Positions 9,569 through 19,084 of a stretch of DNA of 64,000 nucleotides are shown piece by piece. Under the pieces are notes generated by a model. It was not told the DNA's origin and did no database searches. It saw nothing but the letters and a program-made list of their open reading frames with translations. The DNA is from Actinomycetota bacterium (GTDB taxonomy: Bacteria > Actinomycetota > Actinomycetes > S36-B12 > CAIYMF01): contig CANGPO010000002.1 of assembly GCA_947455705.1 (NCBI GenBank), forward strand, positions 63,170-127,169, given 5' to 3'. How positions within the stretch are numbered: the first letter of the stretch is position 1; each line of letters opens with the position of its first letter. A program made the translations under genes and the position numbers.

Positions 9569-10534
9569 CTACACCAACGTGCGAGCGAGGTCTCCGGCAC
9601 CAATCAAGCCAGCATCATTGGACAGTTGAGCCAGCACAATCCGTGCGGCTGGTCGGTACTGGTGAGCCACCACGTTGGCCTCATACGCTTCGACAACCGG
9701 GGCGAGTAAGAAGTCGCCAGCCTCACTGACGCCACCACCGAGAACATAAAGATCCGGATCCAAGATTGCGGTCAGATCGGCCATTCCGCGTCCCAATGCA
9801 TGCCCGACGCGACGAAATGCCTCACAGGCCACGGGATCTCCGGCGCGCGCGGCATTCGTCACATGAACCCCTGAAACTCCCTCAGGCGTGCCATCGCCCA
9901 TACCCAGAAGGATGTCAGCGGCTGAGCGACGTTCGGCGGCTAGATGACGAGCTTCGCGCACCAGGGCGTTACCCGAGCTGTACTGCTCCCAACAGCCGCG
10001 GCGTTCGCAGCCACACAGCCTGCCCTCAGGAACTTGAACGATATGCCCAAACTCAGCGGCCATTCCGAACGATCCACGTAACGGGTGACCACCAATGATG
10101 ATCCCACCACCGATTCCGGTGCCCACAGTGACAGCAACAAGGGATCTCGCACCCTGACCGGCGCCGAAGCGGTACTCACCCCACGCCGCTGCGGTCGCAT
10201 CGTTCTCAACAATCGTCGGCAGGCCACTGGCCGCGGTCACGCGTGGACCCAGGGGCGCCTCAACCCAGCCCAGATTGGGAGCAAACCGAACAATGGAACC
10301 GGTCTCATCGACGAGGCCGGCCGCGCCCATTCCAACGGCTTCAATAAGCTCCAACTGATGGGTCCGCGCGTAGGCGACCAGATCGGAGCAGGCTGCTGCG
10401 ATTGCGTCCACGACTCCATCGAAAGAGCGGGCCGGCGTCTCCTTGCGCACCCGTTCGACAATCGCACCCGATTCGTCGACAAGACCGGCGGCAATCTTTG
10501 TGCCGCCGATGTCAACACCGATGGAGACCGACAT
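9569..10534 (-). CDS. glk: ROK-family glucokinase
   Basis: GVDIGGTK, ENDATAAAWGE, GTGIGGG, EFGH and CGCxxxGCWE Zn motif. Confidence 0.93.
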   Translation of the reverse strand: MSVSIGVDIGGTKIAAGLVDESGAIVERVRKETPARSFDGVVDAIAAACSDLVAYARTHQLELIEAVGMGAAGLVDETGSIVRFAPNLGWVEAPLGPRVTAASGLPTIVENDATAAAWGEYRFGAGQGARSLVAVTVGTGIGGGIIIGGHPLRGSFGMAAEFGHIVQVPEGRLCGCERRGCWEQYSSGNALVREARHLAAERRSAADILLGMGDGTPEGVSGVHVTNAARAGDPVACEAFRRVGHALGRGMADLTAILDPDLYVLGGGVSEAGDFLLAPVVEAYEANVVAHQYRPAARIVLAQLSNDAGLIGAGDLARTLV

Positions 10535-10569
10535 GTCCTGTGCCTAAACCGCTTCCAACTGAAAACCAT

Positions 10570-10589
10570 TCGGCACATCGTTGTGCCGA
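10570..10589. other. 8-bp inverted repeat upstream of glk (hairpin or operator)
   Basis: TCGGCACA-TCGT-TGTGCCGA. Confidence 0.45.
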
Positions 10590-10663
10590 CTCAACGTAAA
10601 CACGCGACCTCGCATCGGCCCTCGATCGTCAAGAGCCGACCACGCAACCACGCCGGATGAGAA

Positions 10664-11014
10664 CTACGTAGGGTCAGAATCCTTCGTAGGTTCCGCAAGG
10701 TCAAGATCGTCCTCAACTGTAGTGGGTGAGGCAGGGCCTGTGCCCGCCCAGTCACCGCTTGCGTGAGGCGCGGAGGATCCAGCCGTGTACGAGGCAAGGG
10801 TTGACGTGAAGGCTGCAAAAGCGGTGCTGACCCAGGTTGCGGCAGCATCGGGATCTATGTCCCGCACGGTGGCAACTGCCTTACACACTGGGCATGGACA
10901 GGTCTCGCCCTGAGCATCCACCGGGGCCAGATCAGGGGCCTGCGTCTTGAGCCACTGTTGTGCGGTGGTGATCACCTTCGAGATGTCGTCACCAGAGAAC
11001 GGTGTTTCCGTCAC
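10664..11014 (-). CDS. Small hypothetical protein with CPCPVC motif, probably DUF5304/SCO2127-like
   Basis: 116-aa ORF directly upstream of glk, coupled to the SRPBCC gene by a GTGA overlap; assignment rests mainly on position. Confidence 0.6.
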   Translation of the reverse strand: MTETPFSGDDISKVITTAQQWLKTQAPDLAPVDAQGETCPCPVCKAVATVRDIDPDAAATWVSTAFAAFTSTLASYTAGSSAPHASGDWAGTGPASPTTVEDDLDLAEPTKDSDPT

Positions 11015-11451
11015 GACGTTTCCACCCGCTCCTTGAGCCCCTTAAGCGCGGTGTCAACAATCACCTTCTCGGCCTTTCGGCGAATCATCCCAATCATCGG
11101 GATCGACACGTCAACAGCAAGTTGATACACCACAGTCGTGGTGCCATCGCCGTTATCAGTGAGGCGGTAGGCCCCGTCCATCGCCTTGAGCATCTCACCA
11201 GAGGTGAGAGTCCAGGTCACAACGCGGTTGTCATCCGTCCAGTCATACTCGAGCTGGTACGTGTCCTTGATCGCACCAGCATCAACAACAAACACGACGT
11301 CAGCTGGCTTGCGATCCTCGTACGTGGTGAGGATCTCGACGCTGCGTACTCCGTCGCTCCACTGCGGGTATGCCAACACGTCAGCAATCACCCCCATAAC
11401 CCGGTCTGCCGGGGCGTTGATGACGATGCTCGATTCAGTGCGTTCAGACAT
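11011..11451 (-). CDS. SRPBCC (START-like cyclase/dehydrase) family protein
   Basis: SSIVINAPADRVMGVIADVLAYPQW and GTTTVVYQLAVD patterns; leaderless TAAGGT promoter. Confidence 0.88.
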   Translation of the reverse strand: MSERTESSIVINAPADRVMGVIADVLAYPQWSDGVRSVEILTTYEDRKPADVVFVVDAGAIKDTYQLEYDWTDDNRVVTWTLTSGEMLKAMDGAYRLTDNGDGTTTVVYQLAVDVSIPMIGMIRRKAEKVIVDTALKGLKERVETS

Positions 11452-11519
11452 ACAGCGACCTTATCGCGTACACCTGCCTGCGACGAGGGCCATCAGCACG
11501 ATCGACGCAGCATGATGCA

Positions 11520-12299
11520 TCACCATTCAAGCGAAAATGGCTGGGCTCCACCGCGGAAATGCCCCACGTTTACGCATTCAGTGCGCCCTATCCGCACCCT
11601 GGCAGCAAGCGGCTGATGTACATGTCCGAAGACCGAATACCGGGGTTGATACTCGCGGATGTAGTCCGCCAGTGCAGTGCTTCCGTGTTCGAAACGACGT
11701 GCCACTGTGTCGTAGAGAAGTTCAGGGATGGCCGGTGGAATGTGTGAACACAACACGTCCACCGGGCCGAGAGCTGCCACATGCTCGGCGTAGGTGCTCT
11801 CATCAAGTTCGTACGGAGTCCGCATCGGCGATACCAAACCGCCACCGATGAAACCGAAACGTAAGCCGCCGATGTCAACCGTCTGAGCATCGAGAACGGT
11901 GTGGCCATCGCGCAGAAACTCGGGCCAGAAATCTGGCACATCGACATTTCCGTAGGTGAGATACGCAGGGGTTGGCAATGCTGCGAAAAGTTCACGGTAT
12001 TGCTCTTTGATCATGTGATCGACCAGTTCTTCGCGAGAGACTCCCGCGCGCTCCGTCACCGTCGTCCACAGCTCCCGCGACCACGCCCGCGCCTGGTCAA
12101 AGCTGCCAGCGGTTCGCAGCTCGATGTAGCGACGAGTGTTTTCCTCTCCGAACAGCGCTCCAAAAATCCCGTTGCCCGGCTCGGCGTAATCTATGAAGAG
12201 GACGAAATCTCCAAGGCAGACCAAGGCGTCAGCACCATCAGCTGAGCGGCGGAGCGCCTCAACGCTGCCATGAACATCACTCACGAAATTGAGTCGCAC
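11520..12299 (-). CDS. Metallophosphoesterase (calcineurin-like)
   Basis: SDVHG, LGD, YGNVD, SHIPP and FGHVH motifs. Confidence 0.9.
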   Translation of the reverse strand: MRLNFVSDVHGSVEALRRSADGADALVCLGDFVLFIDYAEPGNGIFGALFGEENTRRYIELRTAGSFDQARAWSRELWTTVTERAGVSREELVDHMIKEQYRELFAALPTPAYLTYGNVDVPDFWPEFLRDGHTVLDAQTVDIGGLRFGFIGGGLVSPMRTPYELDESTYAEHVAALGPVDVLCSHIPPAIPELLYDTVARRFEHGSTALADYIREYQPRYSVFGHVHQPLAARVRIGRTECVNVGHFRGGAQPFSLEW

Positions 12300-12377
12300 A
12301 GGCTGACCCTAAACAATGCTGGCCCACACCGCGTCCTGAAGCTGCCCGATCAGGCCGCTCGCACTCCGACGCAACCT

Positions 12378-12950
12378 CTACCGGCCGATGAACACGCCGA
12401 GCACTGTGTAGACCAGAAGCAGCACGACGAGGACGGCAGTGGTACCCATGGCCGCCATCCCCCACTTACCTCCGGGGGCACTTTCTGGGTCAACCAGACC
12501 TGGCTCTGCCTGGCGCAATTCGGCCAAGACCCGGTTTGCCCACTGTTCGGTTTGGGCGGAAATCGCAGGCGGCTCGGTGCAGGAGGTCACAGGCGTGGTC
12601 GGGACGTCTGGTGACGCGAAACTTGGTTGCATCACCGCGCCAAGGTCACTAACCGGCGAACGCGTAACTTCCGTTGCTATCGGTGCTGGTGGATTTACCG
12701 CACCAGCGCTGTGCCGACCCCGTGGGGTAGTTGAGCGGGCCCGTACAGACGAGCCGCGGCCAGTAGTCGCAGCTGCCAAGGACGAGGTGCCGACGGGACG
12801 ATTCTGCGAATACGCCAAGCCAGAGGCGGACATCGTGACGAGGGCCTGTTCAGCCGTGGCCGGGCGGAGGTCCGCGTGGCAGAGCGAACACCATGCGGCG
12901 CGATCAGGAATCACCGCATGGCAATTGGGACATCGTGAGTATTCCGCCAC
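12378..12950 (-). CDS. Zinc-ribbon membrane protein
   Basis: N-terminal CPNC...CSLC, Ser/Thr/Pro-rich linker, C-terminal TM helix. Confidence 0.65.
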   Translation of the reverse strand: MAEYSRCPNCHAVIPDRAAWCSLCHADLRPATAEQALVTMSASGLAYSQNRPVGTSSLAAATTGRGSSVRARSTTPRGRHSAGAVNPPAPIATEVTRSPVSDLGAVMQPSFASPDVPTTPVTSCTEPPAISAQTEQWANRVLAELRQAEPGLVDPESAPGGKWGMAAMGTTAVLVVLLLVYTVLGVFIGR

Positions 12951-12981
12951 GCTAGGAGTATCGGCCGCACCGCGTGCTGAC

Positions 12982-13434
12982 TTAACTGCCCCGGCCTGGC
13001 TTCATCGCCTGGTCACGCGGGTCATGAGCGGCCGCGCGCAATCCCACGGTACGGGTGGCTTCACATTCGTCCTTGAGGCTAAAGACATGTCGCTTCCACT
13101 GCGTGCAGTAGCGAGCAGTCAGGTCGCGAATCTGCGCGCCGGACAGGGTCGAACCATCCGGATCGAGGCGTACATAGTGATGAAGGACTACCCCGTCGAG
13201 CACAACCTCGAGCCAGATTTCCATCGTGCCGACCCAGGTGCGGCCTGTCCATTGCCCCGCCACCTGCCATTGGACGCCCTGGCGGCCTCGATCTCGGGTG
13301 ACCACGAGCTGCAGGTCAGGCCACCACAGCGACGTGCGCGCAGGGTCGAGCACGGACTGTGCGAGTACTGATGGGTCGCAGACGATAAATGTGTCGTCGG
13401 CGATGTTGAAACTCGTCACATCTGATGGTGGCAC
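12982..13434 (-). CDS. SRPBCC-like protein (Rv2186c-like)
   Basis: IADDTFI...WWPDLQL...DRGRQGVQW...GTMEIWLE...GVVLHHYVR pattern; conserved position. Confidence 0.75.
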   Translation of the reverse strand: MPPSDVTSFNIADDTFIVCDPSVLAQSVLDPARTSLWWPDLQLVVTRDRGRQGVQWQVAGQWTGRTWVGTMEIWLEVVLDGVVLHHYVRLDPDGSTLSGAQIRDLTARYCTQWKRHVFSLKDECEATRTVGLRAAAHDPRDQAMKPGRGS

Positions 13435-13502
13435 ACGTCACGAGATAGAAAAACGCGCTCGGATGGTGCATACAGGTGTCTGCATGTGCGACTGTCTAGG
13501 TA

Positions 13503-15092
13503 ATGGATAGGGTCGAGCGTCTTACTGATTGGCGTCAGCCAGCGGTGATCGTGCCGCTGGGTCGCTTCGGCGTACTCGCTCTGTGTCTCGTGGCTGGGCT
13601 TCTCACACTCCAACGACCTGCAGCGGAGTCTGTGCTCGCGCTGCTGGTCATCGCGATTCTGGCCAGCATTCCGATCAACGCCCTGGCCGGCCGCTGGATT
13701 CAGGTACTTCTAGAAGCCACGTTCTCCACCGCGCTGATTGCTGCCGGAGTACCACAAACTGAGGTCCTCCTGCCGTACCTGGTCGTACCCGCCTTCGCCG
13801 CCGGATTCAGAATCGGCGTCGTTCCTGCCCTAGTGACCACGCTCACCAGTCTGTTTACCTTTGTCGGCGTTCGCCTCATCGACAATGACGCAGACGAAGT
13901 CGCGCGTGCCTCGGTGATCGTTCAATGGCTCGGCGTGGCCCTAACTGCCGGACTGATGAGCGGCTGGGCTCGCTCACTTCTTCAACGGGAACGTCGTGCC
14001 ACCACGTCATACGCAACAGCTCATCAACTTCTCACTGAACTACGTGATGTCTCGCGAGAACTTCCCACGGGCCTCGACGAAGTTTCACTCTCTCAGCAGG
14101 TACTGGCATCACTAGATGGGTCGCTTTCCTTCGACCGAGGTGCGGTCTATGCGCGCGATCCCGGCGGCACAATCTCGCCCTTGGCTTATCGCGGGGCCGA
14201 CCGACTCAATTGGAATCCATCGTCCGAGTTGAGCTTGTGGGAGGAAGCGTTCCAGATCACCGCTCCCATCCAACGGGGAGATGCGATTACCGCAGACTCC
14301 GCGGGCTACTCGGCGTATTTTCCAATCCGGTTAGGTGAACGAACGATCGGGCTTGTGGCCGTTGAAAGAGAAGCAGCCCCTTGGTCGGCCCGCAGCCTCG
14401 AAGCTGCACAAGCCATCGTTGATGAGGCCGCCCTGCGCATTGAAACGGGGCAATTGTTTAGCGAGGTTCGCTCTATCGCCACGGTGGAAGAGCGGCGACG
14501 ACTTGCCCGCGAGATTCACGACGGGATTGCTCAGGAGATCGCGTCGTTGGGCTACGTCGTGGACGACCTGTCGGCGCGTTCGGAAGACGATGGCGTCAGC
14601 GAGGATCTGCTAACCCTGCGCGGTGAACTCAGCAGAATCGTCAGCGAATTGCGGCTATCTATCTTTGACCTCCGCTCAGATGTGCAACCAAGTACCGGTC
14701 TTGGTGCAGCACTTTCAAGTTACGTGCGATCCATGAGCACCGGCTCCGGCATCACCATGCACCTTGTACTCGACGAATCATCACTACGGTTGCCGATCGA
14801 AGTCGAGACCGAGGTTCTACGCATCGCACAGGAAGCAACCACCAACGCACGAAAACATGCGCGGGCTCGCAACCTTTGGGTGACCTGTCGCGTCGATCCG
14901 CCACGGGCGTTCCTGCGCATCGCAGACGATGGCCAGGGGCTGGGCTCGCCACGAGGAGATTCATTCGGCATGGAAATCATGCACGAACGAGCTACCCGAA
15001 TCGGTGCCGAACTCTTGATTCGCCAGCGCGTCGGTGGGGGCACTGTCGTCGAACTGGTAATCGGCGACAGCGCAGTAGGACGATCGTCGTAA
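13503..15092 (+). CDS. Membrane sensor histidine kinase (multi-TM, GAF-like, HisKA_3, HATPase)
   Basis: ERRRLAREIHDGIAQ H-box; QEATTNARKHA, IADDGQG and GGGTVV boxes. Confidence 0.93.
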   Translation: MDRVERLTDWRQPAVIVPLGRFGVLALCLVAGLLTLQRPAAESVLALLVIAILASIPINALAGRWIQVLLEATFSTALIAAGVPQTEVLLPYLVVPAFAAGFRIGVVPALVTTLTSLFTFVGVRLIDNDADEVARASVIVQWLGVALTAGLMSGWARSLLQRERRATTSYATAHQLLTELRDVSRELPTGLDEVSLSQQVLASLDGSLSFDRGAVYARDPGGTISPLAYRGADRLNWNPSSELSLWEEAFQITAPIQRGDAITADSAGYSAYFPIRLGERTIGLVAVEREAAPWSARSLEAAQAIVDEAALRIETGQLFSEVRSIATVEERRRLAREIHDGIAQEIASLGYVVDDLSARSEDDGVSEDLLTLRGELSRIVSELRLSIFDLRSDVQPSTGLGAALSSYVRSMSTGSGITMHLVLDESSLRLPIEVETEVLRIAQEATTNARKHARARNLWVTCRVDPPRAFLRIADDGQGLGSPRGDSFGMEIMHERATRIGAELLIRQRVGGGTVVELVIGDSAVGRSS

Positions 15093-15281
15093 CCCGGCGA
15101 CACTGGCCACTCGCTGTGAAAAGCGCGTCAACCGTTTGACGGCACACGTCATCGTTCGGCCACAAAGCACTCTCATTGAGCGCTCTTTATACCCATTCAT
15201 CACCAATAACCACCACAACGGCAACGAATTACACGATCCGTGACATGATCCACATGAGAGTTAATCAACGTGGGGGGCAAC

Positions 15282-15926
15282 ATGACGATCAGTGTTCTTT
15301 TGGTGGACGATCATGAATTGATTCGTCAGGGCCTGCGCCGCGCGTTCGAGCGTGATCAAGAATTCGAAGTTGTCGGCGAGGCTGGCTCACTTGCAGACGC
15401 CAAGCGCCTCATCGGTTTGGTAAATCCCGACGTCACCATTCTGGACGTGCGCCTGCCCGACGGTAACGGCCTTGAGGCGTGCCGAGCGATTCGCAAGGAT
15501 CGCGCCGACATGGGCATCGTGATCCTGACGATGTATGCAGGTGACGATCAGTTGTTTGAGGCGCTTGAATCGGGAGCATCGGCGTTCGTCCCGAAGAATG
15601 CACCGGCTGAAGACGTGGTGGCCGCCGCCAAGCACGCCAAGAGCTCGCCACACTCCTTCACCGCAAACGACCTCAATGAGGCCATGCGTCGCAAGATGTC
15701 ACCGACCGGTCCGCAATTGTCACCGCGTGAACGTGAGGTTCTCGGCCTGCTTGCTGACGGGCTTGGCGTGGCTCAAATTAGCCGGCAGCTCTACATCAGC
15801 GAATCAACCACCAAGACCCACATCAGCAAGCTCTACGAAAAGTTGGGTGCAGGTAATCGTGCGCAAGCGCTGATGACGGCGCTGAAACTCGGGTTACTTA
15901 AGCACGAAGATCCGAACTCACCGTAA
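15282..15926 (+). CDS. NarL/LuxR-family response regulator
   Basis: LLVDDH, LDVRLPD, LTM, PK receiver residues; LSPREREVL...ESTTKTHISKLYEKLG HTH. Overlaps the convergent M48 gene by 29 nt. Confidence 0.95.
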   Translation: MTISVLLVDDHELIRQGLRRAFERDQEFEVVGEAGSLADAKRLIGLVNPDVTILDVRLPDGNGLEACRAIRKDRADMGIVILTMYAGDDQLFEALESGASAFVPKNAPAEDVVAAAKHAKSSPHSFTANDLNEAMRRKMSPTGPQLSPREREVLGLLADGLGVAQISRQLYISESTTKTHISKLYEKLGAGNRAQALMTALKLGLLKHEDPNSP

Positions 15927-17136
15927 ATTCTCGCGCTGCTTTTATCCGCTCGGGTGACGTCGGATGAGAGGCAAACCAGAGGTAACGCAATGCAGGCGGC
16001 TCAAGTGCGGCGATATTCGTCAGCGCCAATGCCCGGTGCATCTCAACGACTGTCGCGGGATCGTCGATGAGCGCAAAACAGTGCAGATCCGCTCGTCGCT
16101 CAATCCGCCGAGAAACTCCATTCATCAACGGGGTAGCAAGTAATCCGATCCACGCCGTCGCCGTGAGCACGAGGCCGACAACTGCAGGATCGTAGGCGCC
16201 GGCACAATGACCGAAGACCAGAACCGATGGACTGCCAAGGGCCAACTCAAGGGCGCAAACCCCCGCTGCCGCAGCCAACGCTCCAACCAGCGTGCCAAAC
16301 CAGACGTCACGAGCAACTACGTGACCCAGTTCATGTGCGACAACAGCGACCACCTCCGCATCCTTCTCGCGATCGACAAGAGTGTCGTGCACAACGACTC
16401 GGCGAGTTGGCCCAAGTCCCGAGACGTAGGCATTCAACGCCGACGTGCGTTTGGACGCGTCCGCTACCAAGACATCCTGGATCGGGACGCCATCGCGCTG
16501 CGCTAAATCCATAAGTTCGCGACGCAAAGGGCCCTGGGCTAATGGCGTGAAACGATTAAACATGGGCTCTATCACCACTGGCACAACCAACGACAACACA
16601 ACGACAACAACAATCGCGATGAGTGCGACGACAATCCACCAGCCCGTTGGCCACCATCGCGCGGCCCCAATCAGCCCGACCATTGCCAGGCATGTCAGCA
16701 CTAGCCCAATCCCCTGCGCCAGCACCGCATCGCGCCACCACCGTCCCCATGAGCCGGTCGCCAGGCCTACGTCCAACAGGACGCGTCGACTCATGGCAGC
16801 GGGAATGAGATTGACCAGCCAGCCGGTGATAGACACCAAGGCAACCCCAGCACACACCGCCAGCACCCAATGGGAGTTCAACGCCGTGGTGACAGCTGCC
16901 ACCGCTGCGGACATCATCAGCACGGTGGGAACCAGAACCCCGAGGCCGAGTGAGACGTAACCCCATGGCCGGATGCGTTGACGAAAGCCCTCTTCGCGGT
17001 CACGTTCGGCACGGCTGAAATCTGCGTCGATCTCTGCCGACGACACCGCAGTACGCCCAATTCGCGGCACCCAGATCCAGCAGGCGATCGCACCCAGCAG
17101 CATGGCTGCGACGAGCCCGCTTAACGCGGCGCTCAC
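15898..17136 (-). CDS. M48 (Ste24/HtpX-like) membrane metalloprotease
   Basis: LNAYVSGLG, HELGH, ERRAD and SHP motifs; several TM helices. Confidence 0.92.
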   Translation of the reverse strand: MSAALSGLVAAMLLGAIACWIWVPRIGRTAVSSAEIDADFSRAERDREEGFRQRIRPWGYVSLGLGVLVPTVLMMSAAVAAVTTALNSHWVLAVCAGVALVSITGWLVNLIPAAMSRRVLLDVGLATGSWGRWWRDAVLAQGIGLVLTCLAMVGLIGAARWWPTGWWIVVALIAIVVVVVLSLVVPVVIEPMFNRFTPLAQGPLRRELMDLAQRDGVPIQDVLVADASKRTSALNAYVSGLGPTRRVVVHDTLVDREKDAEVVAVVAHELGHVVARDVWFGTLVGALAAAAGVCALELALGSPSVLVFGHCAGAYDPAVVGLVLTATAWIGLLATPLMNGVSRRIERRADLHCFALIDDPATVVEMHRALALTNIAALEPPALRYLWFASHPTSPERIKAAREFTVSSDLRA

Positions 17137-18578
17137 GCCGCACTACGGGTGGGCATAGGACTCAGGTGCGTCGTTGGTTCAGCCGAGGGCCCGCCCGGAG
17201 TTGGTGATGGGCTGGCAGACACCACGACCAGTGGAACCCCGGCCAGTCGATGTAATCGTGCATCCCACCGACGCACAAAATCATCGAGATTGATCCCGTA
17301 CACGTGGTGGATCGCGGCCGACATATTCTCGTCCGATGAACCGGCTCCCTGAGCGGTCAACTTATAGATCTTTACAAGTCTGGCGATGCCCCCGTCACCG
17401 GCGAGTTCGTCACAGGCAACCAGCGCACTTTCATAGGCCACCGATAGATCACTTCCGGCGAAGTCATCTTCGGTTGGAAGATGAGAAAACTCGTGGCCGT
17501 CGCGAACAGCATCGATGGCGCCACCAACGGCCACGGCCCGACCCACTCCGGTATTTTCATAGCCGACATACTCGGCCAATCCCTCTTCCAACCACAGAGG
17601 GGTCGCATCGGTGGAGCCCGAGTCAGTAGCCACGTGGACCACTTCATGGCGCACCACAATCTCACGGCCGACCGAGGACAGGCCCTGCATCGTGGGTGTA
17701 TTGAGCCACACCCGAACGGCACCAGATTCGCCTGTCGCGGCCTGCGTAGAGGTGACGGCGGCAATATCTTCCAGTGACTCCGCAGTACGGCTCAGAGCAC
17801 TCTGGAGCTGTTTGACGGTCCGGGGTACGACGATCACAACATGCTGAGACCACCCAGCACCCCAGGCTCTGGTGACGTCTGGAATAACCGCATCAGTGAT
17901 CGCCAGATAGCGCCGGAGAGTCGTGGCCGTCTGGTCAATACCAATCACGGTCGCGCGTTTACCCACGACCTGGGAGACAGATCCCAATTCCCACATCGGC
18001 TTCGGGCCAATGCAATGTTCCGCCGCGATACGCCAACCTGTATCGGAATGTTGAAGCGCCAGGTCTTCACGGAACGTCGCGGCTGAGGAGTCCATCGGCA
18101 ATCGATAACTCACCAATGCCGAGACAGTCGCCTGCGTCGGATCAGAATCCGAGCTAATGGACGTCACGGCGTAATCGAAGGACACGGGTGAAAGGCTATG
18201 AATTCCAACGAAATCAGGAACGGCCGCCTGCGGAACCTGCTGTCCAGCCAACGTGGTTTGTGAACCAAGGATCACCGCGTCAGCTCGATCTCGCAGAAGC
18301 CGCTCGACGGCGTCTCGGCGCACCGTTGGATCTGTCACTTCATCAGGCAATGTCGGTGCTGAGGTTGCGGGTACAACGGCAGCCGGCAGTTGGCTATGGG
18401 TTGGGGTGGCCGACGACATGGTGGGCGCAGACGCTACTGGGACGCCGATGAATCGGGTGAACGCCAGTGATAGGCCAGCACCAATCAGAGCCGTCACCGT
18501 CAGCAGCGCAGCGGAGAGAATCCAGATCGCACGAGTCGAACGCACCGGCGTTGGCTCGGTCGGTCCTAGATGACTCAT
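17133..18578 (-). CDS. Membrane-anchored gluzincin metallopeptidase (Rv2189c-like)
   Basis: N-terminal TM helix, HEVVH followed by WLEEGLAEY; leaderless TAACGT promoter. Confidence 0.8.
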   Translation of the reverse strand: MSHLGPTEPTPVRSTRAIWILSAALLTVTALIGAGLSLAFTRFIGVPVASAPTMSSATPTHSQLPAAVVPATSAPTLPDEVTDPTVRRDAVERLLRDRADAVILGSQTTLAGQQVPQAAVPDFVGIHSLSPVSFDYAVTSISSDSDPTQATVSALVSYRLPMDSSAATFREDLALQHSDTGWRIAAEHCIGPKPMWELGSVSQVVGKRATVIGIDQTATTLRRYLAITDAVIPDVTRAWGAGWSQHVVIVVPRTVKQLQSALSRTAESLEDIAAVTSTQAATGESGAVRVWLNTPTMQGLSSVGREIVVRHEVVHVATDSGSTDATPLWLEEGLAEYVGYENTGVGRAVAVGGAIDAVRDGHEFSHLPTEDDFAGSDLSVAYESALVACDELAGDGGIARLVKIYKLTAQGAGSSDENMSAAIHHVYGINLDDFVRRWDARLHRLAGVPLVVVSASPSPTPGGPSAEPTTHLSPMPTRSAA

Positions 18579-18634
18579 AGAGACACGTTACGTCGGACAT
18601 CAGTCACCTGTCGCCTTGCCAATGACCGACAGTC

Positions 18635-18865
18635 TCAGGAAACGGCCCGCCCCGACGAACTGTCGCCACGGACGGGAATCGTTGGGCCCGAAACCAAGCG
18701 CAATGGTGGCAATAGGCCGGAGTCAGCTAACACCGCAAGCGCCGCGCGCTCCTCGTCAGCAATTCCGCTACCGGTCGCCCACTCGATGGGCCCCAAGACG
18801 TATGACACGACGCAATCGCCACACGCCAGACCACGTACCTCACATGAATCACAATCGATGATCAT
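18635..18865 (-). CDS. Small 4-Cys metal-binding protein (CxxC-x6-CxxC)
   Basis: MIIDCDSCEVRGLACGDCVV...EERAALAVLADSGLLPPLRL; AGGTGG RBS. Confidence 0.8.
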   Translation of the reverse strand: MIIDCDSCEVRGLACGDCVVSYVLGPIEWATGSGIADEERAALAVLADSGLLPPLRLVSGPTIPVRGDSSSGRAVS

Positions 18866-18976
18866 CGTTACCCACCTGTCTGTCCTGTCGTACTTGTCTC
18901 GTCGCGTACCGGCGCGGAACTAGGGCTCATCACCGGTCGACCCTGTCGATGTTGGTCTCGCTGTTCAGTAGTTGGA

Positions 18977-18998
18977 ACGTTAGGTGGCACCTCTGACA
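18977..18998 (-). promoter_or_regulatory. PafBC / RecA-NDp DNA-damage promoter
   Basis: Minus strand reads TGTCAG-AGGTGCCACC-TA-ACG-T, exactly the TGTC(G/A)G-N10-TA-N3-T architecture. Confidence 0.75.
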
Positions 18999-19084
18999 GA
19001 ACCGCACGAAGTTGGGGTCAGCATCATGTCGAGCGGTCATTCGTCCACTATCTGCGGCGAGCCGCTCGGTGAACGTCAGACCCT

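Noticed and set aside
12439-13371. 310-aa plus-strand ORF across two minus-strand genes
   Set aside because: Low-complexity translation; the two minus-strand ORFs have recognisable patterns.
18866-19084. LexA (SOS) box before the nuclease and small Cys genes
   Set aside because: No GAAC-N4-GTTC palindrome found; only the PafBC-type motif.
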